A stretch of 26,682 nucleotides of DNA from a virus (lineage: Duplodnaviria; Caudoviricetes), in IMG/VR virus record IMGVR_UViG_3300045557_000057, positions 1 to 26,682 of that record; one strand, written 5' to 3'. Position 1 is the stretch's first letter, and every line of letters starts with the position of its first letter. The translations under genes were made by a program, and so were the position numbers. Shown here in pieces: positions 17,230-26,682 of this stretch. The notes below the pieces were generated by a model. It was not told where the DNA came from and made no database searches. It saw only the letters and a list, made by a program, of their open reading frames with translations.

Positions 17230-19116
17230 GTGTTAAATATCCCGGAAGAAATAAAGGCCCTATACCGGCGGACTAACAGCTCATTGGATACATGGCGTAA
17301 ATTTAATATGCGTTTCTATGATAAACGCGATTTTAATGTAGAAACCGATACACCGATCTGTACCATAGACGGATCACAGGTGCCTGATGATAATCTTGTA
17401 TTGACTCAGGTACTATGCTCCACAGAATCCCTGACATTTGGACAGTGTGGTTCAGCCATGGTAGAGGTTACGGTAACTAATGTATTGATGGATCTGACTG
17501 GGAAATGGTTCACATTGTCCATAGAGGCAGGCGGCTATGAAATTATGATGGGTATCTACAAGGTAGATAGCTTTGAACGGCAGGCAGATAAGAATAAGAA
17601 AAAGATTGTAGCCTATGACCGAATGCTTAATTTCGCTGTTGATGTATCCTCATGGTATCAGGGATTAGAGTTTCCTATGAGTCTGAAAGAGTTTCGTACC
17701 ACTCTTTGCGACTATATAGGAGTCAAACAACAGGAAGCCACTCTTCCTTTGGATGATATGCAGATATCAAAGACTATTGATCCGTCAAAGCTATCAGGTC
17801 GGGACGTAATGAAATCTATTTGTGAGATCAACGGCTGCTTCGGTCAGATTGACAATACAGGGAAGTTTAAATATGTTTTCCTAGGATCGTCAGGACTCTA
17901 CCCATCGGAAGAACTATTCCCGTCCGATGATTTATATCCGTCTGAAATGCAGGGGGAGAACTTATCCCATCTTAGAGAAGCCAAGTATGAGGATTTTCTT
18001 GTAAAGGGTTTCGATAAGGTACAGATACGACAGGAAGAGGGGGACGTAGGGGCAGCTTATGGCCTTGGTACCAATACTTATACCATACAGGGTAATTTCA
18101 TCGTCTACGGCAAAGGAGCGCAGGAACTGCTTAATATAGCGGCTACAGTGCATGAGAATATTAGCAGGAAGACATACCGACCTTGTAGGATCGTAACTCA
18201 GGCTCTTCCTTGGGTAGAACCAGGAGACGGGATCATATGCTATACTTCTGATGATGTGATTGAAACATACTGCCTAAAACGTACCATAAAAGGCATTCAG
18301 GCAATGATGGATACCTTCGAAGCCCAAGGGACCAGGGAGAGAAAAGAAAACTTTGGAATCGGTACGCAGATCATACAGCTTGAAGGAAAAACGGCAATCA
18401 TAAAGAAATCAGTGGAAGAAGTATCTATAAGAGTCACGGACTTAAAAGCGGAAACCGAAGCAAAGTTCGCTATTACCGCTGAACAGATCATTGCAGAAGT
18501 AACCAGGGCAAAGCAGGCAGAAGCTTCTTTAAGCATCAGGGCGGACCAGATAGCTTTATCTGTTACTAACCTTGCGAATGATACTAATTCCAAGTTTATA
18601 CAGACGGCAGATCAGATCTCCCTAAAGGTGAGTAAAGGGGAAGTTTCTTCTCAGTTGTCGGTGGAACCAAATGCCGTCACTATTAAAACAAACCGGTTGT
18701 CGTGGGAGTCAAACTATTCCAGTATGACAAGTGATGGAAAACTGACCTGTAGGAATATTGTTGCTACTAATGGTACTTTCACTGGAAATCTGGAATCTCA
18801 AACATTTTATGCCAATGGAAGCGCCGTTGGATTTGGCGATTATTATGTGAGCGCTAACGGAAGTAACTTGCTACGCTCTACCGATGGATCTGTGATTATC
18901 CAAACAGCACAGGGAGGTCCTTTCGGTAAATATGCGGCAATAAATTTGAGTTCTCAATCGGGCACTACTATATTGACTGACCACCATCTTGAAACACCAC
19001 TTGTTAACGCAGGAAGAATTAATGGGGATTGCAAACTACATGGTAATAACTGGTGGAAAGATTACACATTATTTGGAGCACTTGACTATCTGTACAATAG
19101 AATAGTAAACGTATAA
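17230..19116 (+). CDS. tail tip/baseplate hub-spike protein
   Basis: Synteny; LYPSEELFPSDDLYPS motif; repeated TA(D/E)QI coiled-coil region; beta-rich C-terminus. Confidence 0.7.
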   Translation: MLNIPEEIKALYRRTNSSLDTWRKFNMRFYDKRDFNVETDTPICTIDGSQVPDDNLVLTQVLCSTESLTFGQCGSAMVEVTVTNVLMDLTGKWFTLSIEAGGYEIMMGIYKVDSFERQADKNKKKIVAYDRMLNFAVDVSSWYQGLEFPMSLKEFRTTLCDYIGVKQQEATLPLDDMQISKTIDPSKLSGRDVMKSICEINGCFGQIDNTGKFKYVFLGSSGLYPSEELFPSDDLYPSEMQGENLSHLREAKYEDFLVKGFDKVQIRQEEGDVGAAYGLGTNTYTIQGNFIVYGKGAQELLNIAATVHENISRKTYRPCRIVTQALPWVEPGDGIICYTSDDVIETYCLKRTIKGIQAMMDTFEAQGTRERKENFGIGTQIIQLEGKTAIIKKSVEEVSIRVTDLKAETEAKFAITAEQIIAEVTRAKQAEASLSIRADQIALSVTNLANDTNSKFIQTADQISLKVSKGEVSSQLSVEPNAVTIKTNRLSWESNYSSMTSDGKLTCRNIVATNGTFTGNLESQTFYANGSAVGFGDYYVSANGSNLLRSTDGSVIIQTAQGGPFGKYAAINLSSQSGTTILTDHHLETPLVNAGRINGDCKLHGNNWWKDYTLFGALDYLYNRIVNV

Positions 19117-19134
19117 GTCTAATTTGTCTGATAG

Positions 19135-19163
19135 TTGCATAGTATGAAAGATTGTGCTATTAT
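19135..19163 (+). promoter_or_regulatory. sigma-A-type promoter of the moron gene
   Basis: TTGCAT, 17-bp spacer ending TGC (extended -10), then TATTAT. Confidence 0.65.
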
Positions 19164-19196
19164 GTAAAAAAAGACATTGAGAGGTGAAACCATAAA

Positions 19197-19574
19197 ATGA
19201 AGCGTTTATTTACTATTCTGGCAGTGCTGATTTTTTCTTTAAACATTACCGCCTTTGCTGAAGAGCGGAGACCATTAGCAGAAGGAGAAACAAGGCCCAG
19301 ATTATCAGCAATTAACGAGGACTATCTTCTGATAAAAAATGAATGGTATCATAATTATGATGGAGCATGGCTATATCTTGATGAAGAAGGACTGGCATTG
19401 CAAAACACATGGTTTAAAGATATAGACGGAAAGTGGTACTATTTCGATGAATATTGCTATATGCTTCACGATACCACAACTCCAGACGGATACACTGTAG
19501 GACCTGATGGTGCGTGGACAAAAGACGGTAAGGTCGTTATTGAAACGGATACCAGCGCAGCAGCAAATAATTAA
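19197..19574 (+). CDS. secreted cell-wall-binding-repeat protein (moron)
   Basis: Signal peptide MKRLFTILAVLIFSLNITAFA; repeats GAWLYLD, GKWYYFD and TTTPDGYTVGPDGAW; own promoter and terminator. Confidence 0.8.
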   Translation: MKRLFTILAVLIFSLNITAFAEERRPLAEGETRPRLSAINEDYLLIKNEWYHNYDGAWLYLDEEGLALQNTWFKDIDGKWYYFDEYCYMLHDTTTPDGYTVGPDGAWTKDGKVVIETDTSAAANN

Positions 19575-19587
19575 ATAAAACTATTGC

Positions 19588-19620
19588 AGAGAGCGAGGAT
19601 TGATTCCCCGCTCTTTTTCT
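19588..19620 (+). terminator. intrinsic terminator
   Basis: AGAGAGCG..CGCTCTTT followed by TTCT. Confidence 0.65.
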
Positions 19621-19641
19621 ATGCCGAAAGGAGGAAATACC

Positions 19642-19896
19642 TTGAAAAAAGTAATCACATTCACTGAGGAACAGGTGATGCAGATACAATACATGCTGAA
19701 TGCTGTCACCGTAACCGGAATCCAGAATGCCAAGCAGGTGGCAGCCATTGCGCAAATGTTGGAATCTGGAACACCTGGAGAAGTAAAAGATTCTGAAAAA
19801 TTTAAAGACGTTTACTCGCCGGTCGATTGGGAAAATCTACCTGAAAGGAAAACCAAAATCAGCAATGAACCTGAAAAGAAAGAGGGTGCCAGTTAA
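19642..19896 (+). CDS. hypothetical tail-module protein
   Basis: AAAGGAGG RBS before TTG 19642; stop overlaps the next start. Confidence 0.65.
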   Translation: MKKVITFTEEQVMQIQYMLNAVTVTGIQNAKQVAAIAQMLESGTPGEVKDSEKFKDVYSPVDWENLPERKTKISNEPEKKEGAS

Positions 19897-20825
19897 TGGC
19901 TTATGGACCATATTACTACATAACAGACTGGAAGAACGAACCTTCACAGGAAACACCCATAAACCGAACGAACCTGCTTAAGATTGAGAACGGCATCAAG
20001 GAGGCAGATAATCGGATAGTCCAGATAGATGCAAAAAAGGCGGAGCTTTCTTTGGTCAATACCTTGGTAAGAGAAATTACCCTGGACACAGATACAGGTA
20101 TCCTGACCGTAACCCAGCAGAATGGAACCGTAACAACTTATGATCTGGCTATCGAAAAAGTAGTTGCAAACTTTGATATCAATGATGATAATGAGCTGGT
20201 TCTCACCCTGGCAGACGGTACACAAAAGGTAATTGACCTTACCCGGTTTGTCTATTCTGTTGATAGTACCGCAACTATTTCCATGAAGATCCTGAACCGG
20301 ACTATTACCGCAGAGATAGTGGACGGCTCTGTTACTCTGGCTAAACTGGACGCTTCCATTCAGATGGAGTTTAGACAGTATATGCTTGATACTCAGGCTG
20401 CTAAGGACTTGGCTCTCCAATATCAGAACAATGCCAAGACTTTCCGGGATCAGACTGAGGTAATAGCAAATGATGCTGTAACGGAAATAGCTGCAGCCGG
20501 GGGCCGGGTAGATGAAACCTTGACAGATTTTAATACTAAACTGATGAATGGGTACTTCAACGGACCTATGGGACCACAGGGGCCACAAGGAAATCAGGGA
20601 ACCACTGGTGCAACAGGAGGACAGGGTCCACAGGGGATTCAGGGAATCCAGGGACCACAGGGTAAACAAGGCGAGAGAGGGTCTGATGCAGTAGTGACGC
20701 AGGCTAATGGTAATTATATTTTCCAGATACGTAGCGGACACTTGTATGTGATTTATCCAGATGCGTCCGCAGATCCGCCGCCAGTAAGAATCAACGAAGC
20801 AGGGCACTTTATAGTGACTTTTTAA
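19896..20825 (+). CDS. collagen-like tail fibre/baseplate protein
   Basis: N-terminal [22 protein letters not shown]; Gly-X-Y run near the C-terminus. Confidence 0.75.
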   Translation: MAYGPYYYITDWKNEPSQETPINRTNLLKIENGIKEADNRIVQIDAKKAELSLVNTLVREITLDTDTGILTVTQQNGTVTTYDLAIEKVVANFDINDDNELVLTLADGTQKVIDLTRFVYSVDSTATISMKILNRTITAEIVDGSVTLAKLDASIQMEFRQYMLDTQAAKDLALQYQNNAKTFRDQTEVIANDAVTEIAAAGGRVDETLTDFNTKLMNGYFNGPMGPQGPQGNQGTTGATGGQGPQGIQGIQGPQGKQGERGSDAVVTQANGNYIFQIRSGHLYVIYPDASADPPPVRINEAGHFIVTF

Positions 20826-20837
20826 AGGAGGTCAGAT

Positions 20838-21908
<1,071 letters not shown>

Positions 21909-21916
21909 ATGATCAT

Positions 21917-22174
21917 TTATACGATTGTGGTTGTTCCTGTACTGGTATCTTCAAACGTACCGTCTGGCTTGACAGTGAACGTAAAATTGCTCAAATACAA
22001 ATGGTTATCTCTTATACCAAGTCTTGTAGCGGTACCTGTGGCAAAATTGCGTGATGTAATATATGTTCCGGTCGCATCATTATAGATAGTCGATCTTAAT
22101 GTATTTTCGCTATTAATTAAACTCATAGACTTCTGTAATCCACTACCAAACAGTCCTACTAAATTGCTATTTAA
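21917..22174 (-). CDS. silent alternative tail-fibre C-terminus (tip variant B, 80 aa after LNSNL)
   Basis: Open frame from the inverted repeat to the stop at 21917; shares TLNSNL with the fibre; no credible RBS/start of its own. Confidence 0.72.
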   Translation of the reverse strand, partial: LNSNLVGLFGSGLQKSMSLINSENTLRSTIYNDATGTYITSRNFATGTATRLGIRDNHLYLSNFTFTVKPDGTFEDTSTGTTTIV

Positions 22175-22218
22175 CGTAGAACCGGAGTTGTCCGCAAACA
22201 GCAGAAAGAGAAGAAAAT

Positions 22219-22497
22219 ATGAATAAAAACGAACCATGGAAAGATTATGTGGGAGCGTATGGACTTGCGGATCCAAAGGGTGAAAAGTTAAATATCATGT
22301 TAAAGAGTGTTGGCATAGAACCTTTAATGAAAGAAGATGAAAAGATTAAGTATATGATCCATTACCATTGCCCTGCCTGTGATAATCTTATCGTAAGCTC
22401 CGATGGTTATAGAGGTAACGGAAGAAAAACTAATTATTGCTGTGATTGCGGACAAAAGCTTGATTGGAGCAAGATACCTAATTCGGAATGGCTGTAG
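22219..22497 (+). CDS. small zinc-ribbon protein
   Basis: CPAC...YCCDCGQKLDW motif common in Firmicutes phages. Confidence 0.72.
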   Translation: MNKNEPWKDYVGAYGLADPKGEKLNIMLKSVGIEPLMKEDEKIKYMIHYHCPACDNLIVSSDGYRGNGRKTNYCCDCGQKLDWSKIPNSEWL

Positions 22498-22576
22498 AAA
22501 ATAAAAAATATTTACGTATAAGATCAGGAGCCAACTGGCTCTTATTTTTATGCCGAGAGGCGGAAAGGAATTTATT

Positions 22577-22981
22577 ATGAGCAACATAGAAAAAATCAAG
22601 TTCGGTGATCAGGCCTTTGACCTGGTGGCCGCAGGAGTGGATTTAGGAGAATCAGGAGGAACTATCAAATTCCAGAAAGGAAGATTGACTTTTGATGAAA
22701 TCGAAGCGATCTTGAAATCCAATGCCAGCATTACACAGATCGGACTATCCGGGGAGGCTGACTGGAAGCGGTCAGATTTGGTGTATGTCGGCAGACTGAC
22801 AAAACAGTCCGATTATGTAATTGGGTTAGAAGAGGACGGAATCACAGAGGTTAAGGCCGATGTTATGATTGCAGCTTTCAGGACGCCTGATTTAAATGAA
22901 ATAGTAGCGGCGCAGGCTGCAGAAATCAAAGCGCTAACCGCAACCGTTGACACGTTGGTATTATCAAGTCTGGAGGTGTAA
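22577..22981 (+). CDS. hypothetical protein (XkdW-like position)
   Basis: GAAAGGA RBS before ATG 22577; C-terminal coiled coil; precedes the XkdX-like gene. Confidence 0.65.
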   Translation: MSNIEKIKFGDQAFDLVAAGVDLGESGGTIKFQKGRLTFDEIEAILKSNASITQIGLSGEADWKRSDLVYVGRLTKQSDYVIGLEEDGITEVKADVMIAAFRTPDLNEIVAAQAAEIKALTATVDTLVLSSLEV

Positions 22982-22983
22982 GC

Positions 22984-23115
22984 ATGTTTGAGACATTAAT
23001 GAGGTTGTATGATTGTGGTAATGGTCCGCTTACTGTTGTAATGCTGGCTAATGCAGTAATCAAGAGCTGGATTACAGAAGTCCAGAAACAGGAAATTCTT
23101 GCATCTAAAAATTAA
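22984..23115 (+). CDS. xkdX: XkdX-like small protein (not in ORF track)
   Basis: GGAGGT RBS; MFETLMRLYDCGNGPLTVVMLANAVIKSWITEVQKQEILASKN carries the AV.K.WIT...QEI motif. Confidence 0.7.
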   Translation: MFETLMRLYDCGNGPLTVVMLANAVIKSWITEVQKQEILASKN

Positions 23116-23130
23116 GGAAGAGTGAGGAAT

Positions 23131-23556
23131 ATGAGAATGAAAAATATATTATGTACAGCTGCGGGGGTGGCAGGTAGCTTTATAGCATCTTTATTTGGAG
23201 GGTGGGATACCGGTATCGGAACTTTAATGCTTTTTATGGTGATTGATTTTCTTTCCGGATTGGCTGTAGCCGGGATATTTAAAAACAGCACTAAGACTGA
23301 AACCGGTGCCCTGGAATCAAAGGCAAGTTGGAAAGGACTGTGTCGCAAATGCATGACACTCCTGTTTGTACTGGTAGCCCACCGCCTGGATTTGGCTATT
23401 GGAACTAATTACATACGAGATATGGTGGTTATTGGTTTTATTGCAAACGAGTTGATCTCCATCGTAGAAAATGCCGGACTCATGGGTATTCCGCTTCCTG
23501 CAGTCCTGATCAAAGCCATTGATGTGTTAAAAAAGAAAGCAGAAGTAACAGAATAA
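23131..23556 (+). CDS. holin (toxin secretion/phage lysis holin family)
   Basis: FGGWD, IDFLSG, WKGLCRK and NELISIVENAGLMGIPLP motifs. Confidence 0.9.
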   Translation: MRMKNILCTAAGVAGSFIASLFGGWDTGIGTLMLFMVIDFLSGLAVAGIFKNSTKTETGALESKASWKGLCRKCMTLLFVLVAHRLDLAIGTNYIRDMVVIGFIANELISIVENAGLMGIPLPAVLIKAIDVLKKKAEVTE

Positions 23557-23579
23557 CGAGTTGTAACATCACAACTTTT

Positions 23580-23606
23580 AGGCCTGGGATTTTCCTGGGC
23601 CTTTTT
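23580..23606 (+). terminator. terminator-like hairpin between holin and endolysin
   Basis: AGGCCTGGGA/TCCTGGGCCT stem followed by TTTT. Confidence 0.55.
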
Positions 23607-23621
23607 CAATTGGAGGTATAC

Positions 23622-24455
23622 ATGGGTTCTTTAAAAGGATTAATTAGCAGAGGGGTAGAAGAGGAAGGGTATATTGAAAAGGAAACCAACGCTCAGTTGG
23701 ATTCTAAGACAGCTAATAAGGGTAGCAATAACTACACAAAATATTCCCGTGATGTAAATAATTGGGGACTGATGGGCTGTCAGGGACAACCCTGGTGCTG
23801 CACAATGCAGTTTGCGTTAGAAGGCTATGAGTACGGTAAAGATGTTGCATTACAGCACTGGAATATGACTCCTAGTACCTATGTAGGCTATAACTGTTTT
23901 TCCACCTATAACGCCTTTAAAAAGGCTGGTAAAGTAGGCATGACACCACAACTTGGATCTGTGGTTATATTTGATTTTTCCCACGCTGGCAGAGTAATCC
24001 GGATATACTCCCAAAATGGGCAGAAGTGGTGGGATTGTCTTGAGGGTAATACGTCATCGAATCTATCTGAGCGTAATGGTGGACAGGTTAAGATCAAGAC
24101 AAGGCCGTGGAATGACGCTACTGTAAAAGGGTTTTGTTATATCAACTACGATGAAGATGATAAACCGGGATGGATAAAAGATCAGAAAGGCTACTGGTAT
24201 CGTAGAGCAGACGGCAGCTACCCGGCTAATAAGTGGTGTATTATTAATCATCATTACTACCTGTTTAACCGTGACGGATATATGGTCACTGGTTGGCATC
24301 GCTGGGACGGGAAAGTTTGTGATCCTGATGACGGATCTGGCGATTGGTATTTCCTGGACAGCACGAAAGATGGGCCTCTGGAAGGCGCCTGCTGGCACAC
24401 CAAAGATAACGGGGCTCAAGAGATTTGGTTGATTGATGAGAATGATAATATCTAA
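23622..24455 (+). CDS. endolysin: CHAP domain plus cell-wall-binding repeats
   Basis: GSNNYTKY, QPWC, SHAG and LEGNTS motifs; C-terminal GW..YWYR, YYLFN.DGYMVTGW repeats. Confidence 0.88.
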   Translation: MGSLKGLISRGVEEEGYIEKETNAQLDSKTANKGSNNYTKYSRDVNNWGLMGCQGQPWCCTMQFALEGYEYGKDVALQHWNMTPSTYVGYNCFSTYNAFKKAGKVGMTPQLGSVVIFDFSHAGRVIRIYSQNGQKWWDCLEGNTSSNLSERNGGQVKIKTRPWNDATVKGFCYINYDEDDKPGWIKDQKGYWYRRADGSYPANKWCIINHHYYLFNRDGYMVTGWHRWDGKVCDPDDGSGDWYFLDSTKDGPLEGACWHTKDNGAQEIWLIDENDNI

Positions 24456-24475
24456 GCCACACAGGGATAAAAAAC

Positions 24476-24507
24476 AAGGACCGTGACACTAAAAAGTCGC
24501 GGTTCTT
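24476..24507. terminator. probable bidirectional terminator
   Basis: AAGGACCGTGAC/GTCGCGGTTCTT stem between convergent genes. Confidence 0.6.
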
Positions 24508-24728
24508 TACTTTTCTCCATCTGGTACCCACTCCATCAAGTCTCCAGGCTGACAATTGAATTCTTTGCAAAGACGATCAATGGATTTTCCGTCTAAATTT
24601 GTAGTGCCGTCTTTGAGCTTTTGGTATGTACTCTGAGATAGTAACTTTGTTTTTTTCATTTTGTACGTATTATATCCTGCATCTTCCAGAAGTTTTAATA
24701 CCTTATCATATTTTAACATATTCGTCAC
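24507..24728 (-). CDS. Cro/C1-type (YozG-like) HTH regulator
   Basis: LSQSTYQKLK..IDRLCKEFNCQPGDLMEW motif. Confidence 0.85.
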   Translation of the reverse strand: MTNMLKYDKVLKLLEDAGYNTYKMKKTKLLSQSTYQKLKDGTTNLDGKSIDRLCKEFNCQPGDLMEWVPDGEK

Positions 24729-24831
24729 CTCTTACCCAGAATCATATCACGTTTTCAAATTCCAATCTACGTATAGTAATTGCGTGACAAATTGAACAAT
24801 AAAATATCCCGTAATCTAGTGACAATGTCAA

Positions 24832-24860
24832 TTGCTTGTTCCGTTATTACGTGCTAGAAT
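24832..24860 (+). promoter_or_regulatory. sigma-A-type promoter for 24903..25148
   Basis: TTGCTT, 17-bp spacer ending TGC, then TAGAAT. Confidence 0.6.
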
Positions 24861-24902
24861 CCCCTTGTAAGGTTAAGACGACAAAACAAGGAGGACGCCA
24901 AT

Positions 24903-25148
24903 ATGAAAATAGACTATACGGACTATTGCAATAGAAATCTTGAAATTGAAACAGATAAAACCAAAATAGAAAAAATGTCTACTTTGCTACAAGCGGCGTT
25001 AATTGGGCAAGGAGTTAAGGGAAAAATTAGCGCGACCTATTACACAGACGGAAACGTCAAGGTAGAGGTTGATGGAAAGTATTACAATATGTTCAATTCT
25101 GTCAAGAACAAGTTTTTTAGCGGCAATGTTGGAGAATACGATAATTGA
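24903..25148 (+). CDS. hypothetical protein
   Basis: AGGAGG RBS, own promoter, downstream GC hairpin. Confidence 0.72.
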   Translation: MKIDYTDYCNRNLEIETDKTKIEKMSTLLQAALIGQGVKGKISATYYTDGNVKVEVDGKYYNMFNSVKNKFFSGNVGEYDN

Positions 25149-25182
25149 GGTATTTCTACAGTGCAAATCATCATATTAAAAC

Positions 25183-25208
25183 GGCGGGTGCCGTATACCG
25201 GCCCCGCC
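25183..25208. terminator. GC-rich hairpin between convergent genes
   Basis: GGCGGG..CCCGCC stem with an A tract upstream (T tract on the minus strand). Confidence 0.5.
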
Positions 25209-26140
25209 TACACTTGACATTCTAAAGCTGTTTTATCTTCTCTTATTCCCTTGAAAACGGGTTGTCTAAAGCCTTTATTTTCAGACGGCATGGATTCCAC
25301 AATGCAAACCAGATCCGGGGCCAGCCAAACGGCATTTTCGTTTCCTGCCGGCACAAAGCCAAACGGCGAATAATCGATCACTTTGTAATCGTATTGATTT
25401 AGAACCCTTAAGCTTACCCCAAGCGTAACATGGCCCTTATATACAAGCACATCTTCATCGTATTGCCCTATGATAAGGCTTGTCATACTTTTCTCTTTGA
25501 TGATATATCCGCAGATAATACAATCATCAGAATCTAATACCTTGAACTTGACCCAATCCTTAGAGCGTTTCCCCTGCCAGTAAAGACTACTTTTCTTCTT
25601 TGCGACCACACCTTCAAGGCCCTTTTCTTTTACAAGATCAAATAGCATGACCCCGTTATCTTCAATGTACCTGGATACGGATATCATACCATTCTCGACT
25701 ACAACGTCCTGCAGATACTTTTTTCGTTCAATAAGTGGGAGCATGGTTATATCCTTGTCTTTGTAGTATAGGATATCATAGGCGATGATGCTGGCCGGAT
25801 ATCTCTCAGAGGATAATTTGATCTTAAATGGATTGGTCATTGTCGCGCGCTTTTGGACCTCGTAAAATTCCGGCATCCCATTTCTGAGCACAAGCAATTC
25901 ATGGTCAAGGATACACTTCACTTTTACCTGCTCATGGAGATTTTGCAGTTCAGGGAAGATAGGAGCCATGAGTTTATTCCGTTTATTTCTTATGTCTGTT
26001 TCTGTTCCCAAATATGAAACACATCTGATTCCGTCCCATTTAATTTCAAAAATGTAATCCGGAGAATCGAAGGGATCCTTCATTTCCGCAATTAACATCG
26101 GGCTTATCTTTCTGTTGTCGAATATATCCATTATACACAC
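25208..26140 (-). CDS. ATP-dependent DNA ligase (LigD/LigC-type ligase domain)
   Basis: EIKWDGIR (KxDG), ILDHE, AYDILY, GLEGVVAKKKSSLY..GKRSKDWVKFK and FRQPVFKGIREDK motifs. Confidence 0.92.
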   Translation of the reverse strand: MCIMDIFDNRKISPMLIAEMKDPFDSPDYIFEIKWDGIRCVSYLGTETDIRNKRNKLMAPIFPELQNLHEQVKVKCILDHELLVLRNGMPEFYEVQKRATMTNPFKIKLSSERYPASIIAYDILYYKDKDITMLPLIERKKYLQDVVVENGMISVSRYIEDNGVMLFDLVKEKGLEGVVAKKKSSLYWQGKRSKDWVKFKVLDSDDCIICGYIIKEKSMTSLIIGQYDEDVLVYKGHVTLGVSLRVLNQYDYKVIDYSPFGFVPAGNENAVWLAPDLVCIVESMPSENKGFRQPVFKGIREDKTALECQV

Positions 26141-26185
26141 CGCCTTTTTGATAGTGGTAGTGTGCTGATATGCAATGATATTTAT

Positions 26186-26497
26186 TCAAACGACCATAAC
26201 CCATTGGCAGCTCAAGATGTAGAAAATAAGCTTGAATCCAAATCGTATTCCACCAATTATTGCGTCACACCTATACTCATTTACTTGCTCACCGTCATAA
26301 CACTTGAAATCAGTATGGCTTATTTTTATATCGGTAATGGTTTGTAAAACCCCGTCCTCACCCTCAAACTTAAAAAGCAGCGGCCTTGGCGGGCAGCCAG
26401 GAGCATACCAGGCCATGCAAGCAATTGGGTAGATAGTTCCTCTTATAATTCCGCTATTGATTTTTCGCACGTTAGTGCCAATTCCAAATACTCCCAT
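26186..26497 (-). CDS. conserved-looking hypothetical protein in the ligase operon
   Basis: Co-oriented and closely spaced upstream of the ligase; beta-rich. Confidence 0.7.
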   Translation of the reverse strand: MGVFGIGTNVRKINSGIIRGTIYPIACMAWYAPGCPPRPLLFKFEGEDGVLQTITDIKISHTDFKCYDGEQVNEYRCDAIIGGIRFGFKLIFYILSCQWVMVV

Positions 26498-26505
26498 ATC
26501 TTTTC

Positions 26506-26682
26506 CTATCTATCGTAGTATTGCTCAAACCACTTTGGCTGTCTTTGATTGTTTATTTCTTTTTTTACTTCCGGGTTTCTGAAAAATCCACACACATTAT
26601 TATTGGTAGTACAGCTCCCCATATTTGCATCGTAATGTGGACACTTATTAATGTCTGGCGCAAGCCCACATATTCCTTTCAT
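26506..26682 (-). CDS. 58-aa four-Cys small protein (not in ORF track)
   Basis: MKGICGLAPDINKCPHYDANMGSCTTNNNVCGFFRNPEVKKEINNQRQPKWFEQYYDR; stop 8 nt before the next start; RBS lies outside the window. Confidence 0.6.
   Translation of the reverse strand: MKGICGLAPDINKCPHYDANMGSCTTNNNVCGFFRNPEVKKEINNQRQPKWFEQYYDR

Noticed and set aside
19944-20807. 287-aa minus-strand ORF and other antisense ORFs in structural genes
   Set aside because: These are shadows of well-supported plus-strand genes, with no RBS or recognisable motifs.
22175-22276. N-terminal part of the 119-aa minus-strand ORF as a real gene start
   Set aside because: It overlaps the antisense strand of the zinc-ribbon gene and has no RBS; only the part inside the inverted repeat looks meaningful.

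Overview
This window is the late region of a temperate siphovirus-type prophage from a Firmicutes host. A Clostridia/Lachnospiraceae-like host is inferred from the style of the cell-wall-binding repeats. Gene order: XerD-like tyrosine recombinase and small accessory ORFs; ArpU/RinA-like late activator; a ~700-nt highly structured non-coding leader; terS, PBSX-type terL, A118-type portal, minor capsid, a phage-encoded Prp protease, scaffold and major capsid; head-tail and tail genes with tape measure and collagen-like fibres; holin and CHAP endolysin; an HTH regulator pair; and a minus-strand ATP-dependent DNA ligase operon. Two things stand out. (1) The leader at 2168-2850 is a string of four predicted H-type pseudoknots followed by three tRNA-shaped elements. 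Each element keeps acceptor, D and T arms but has a differently destroyed anticodon arm, making this a candidate RNA decoy/mimic array. (2) The tail-fibre tip lies in an apparently invertible cassette (21532-22173) with two alternative in-frame C-termini, bounded by TAAAT-AGCA-ATTTR sites. A third related site, TAAAT-GATC-ATTTA, contains both stop codons. All product calls come from motif recognition and synteny; no database search or folding program was run.
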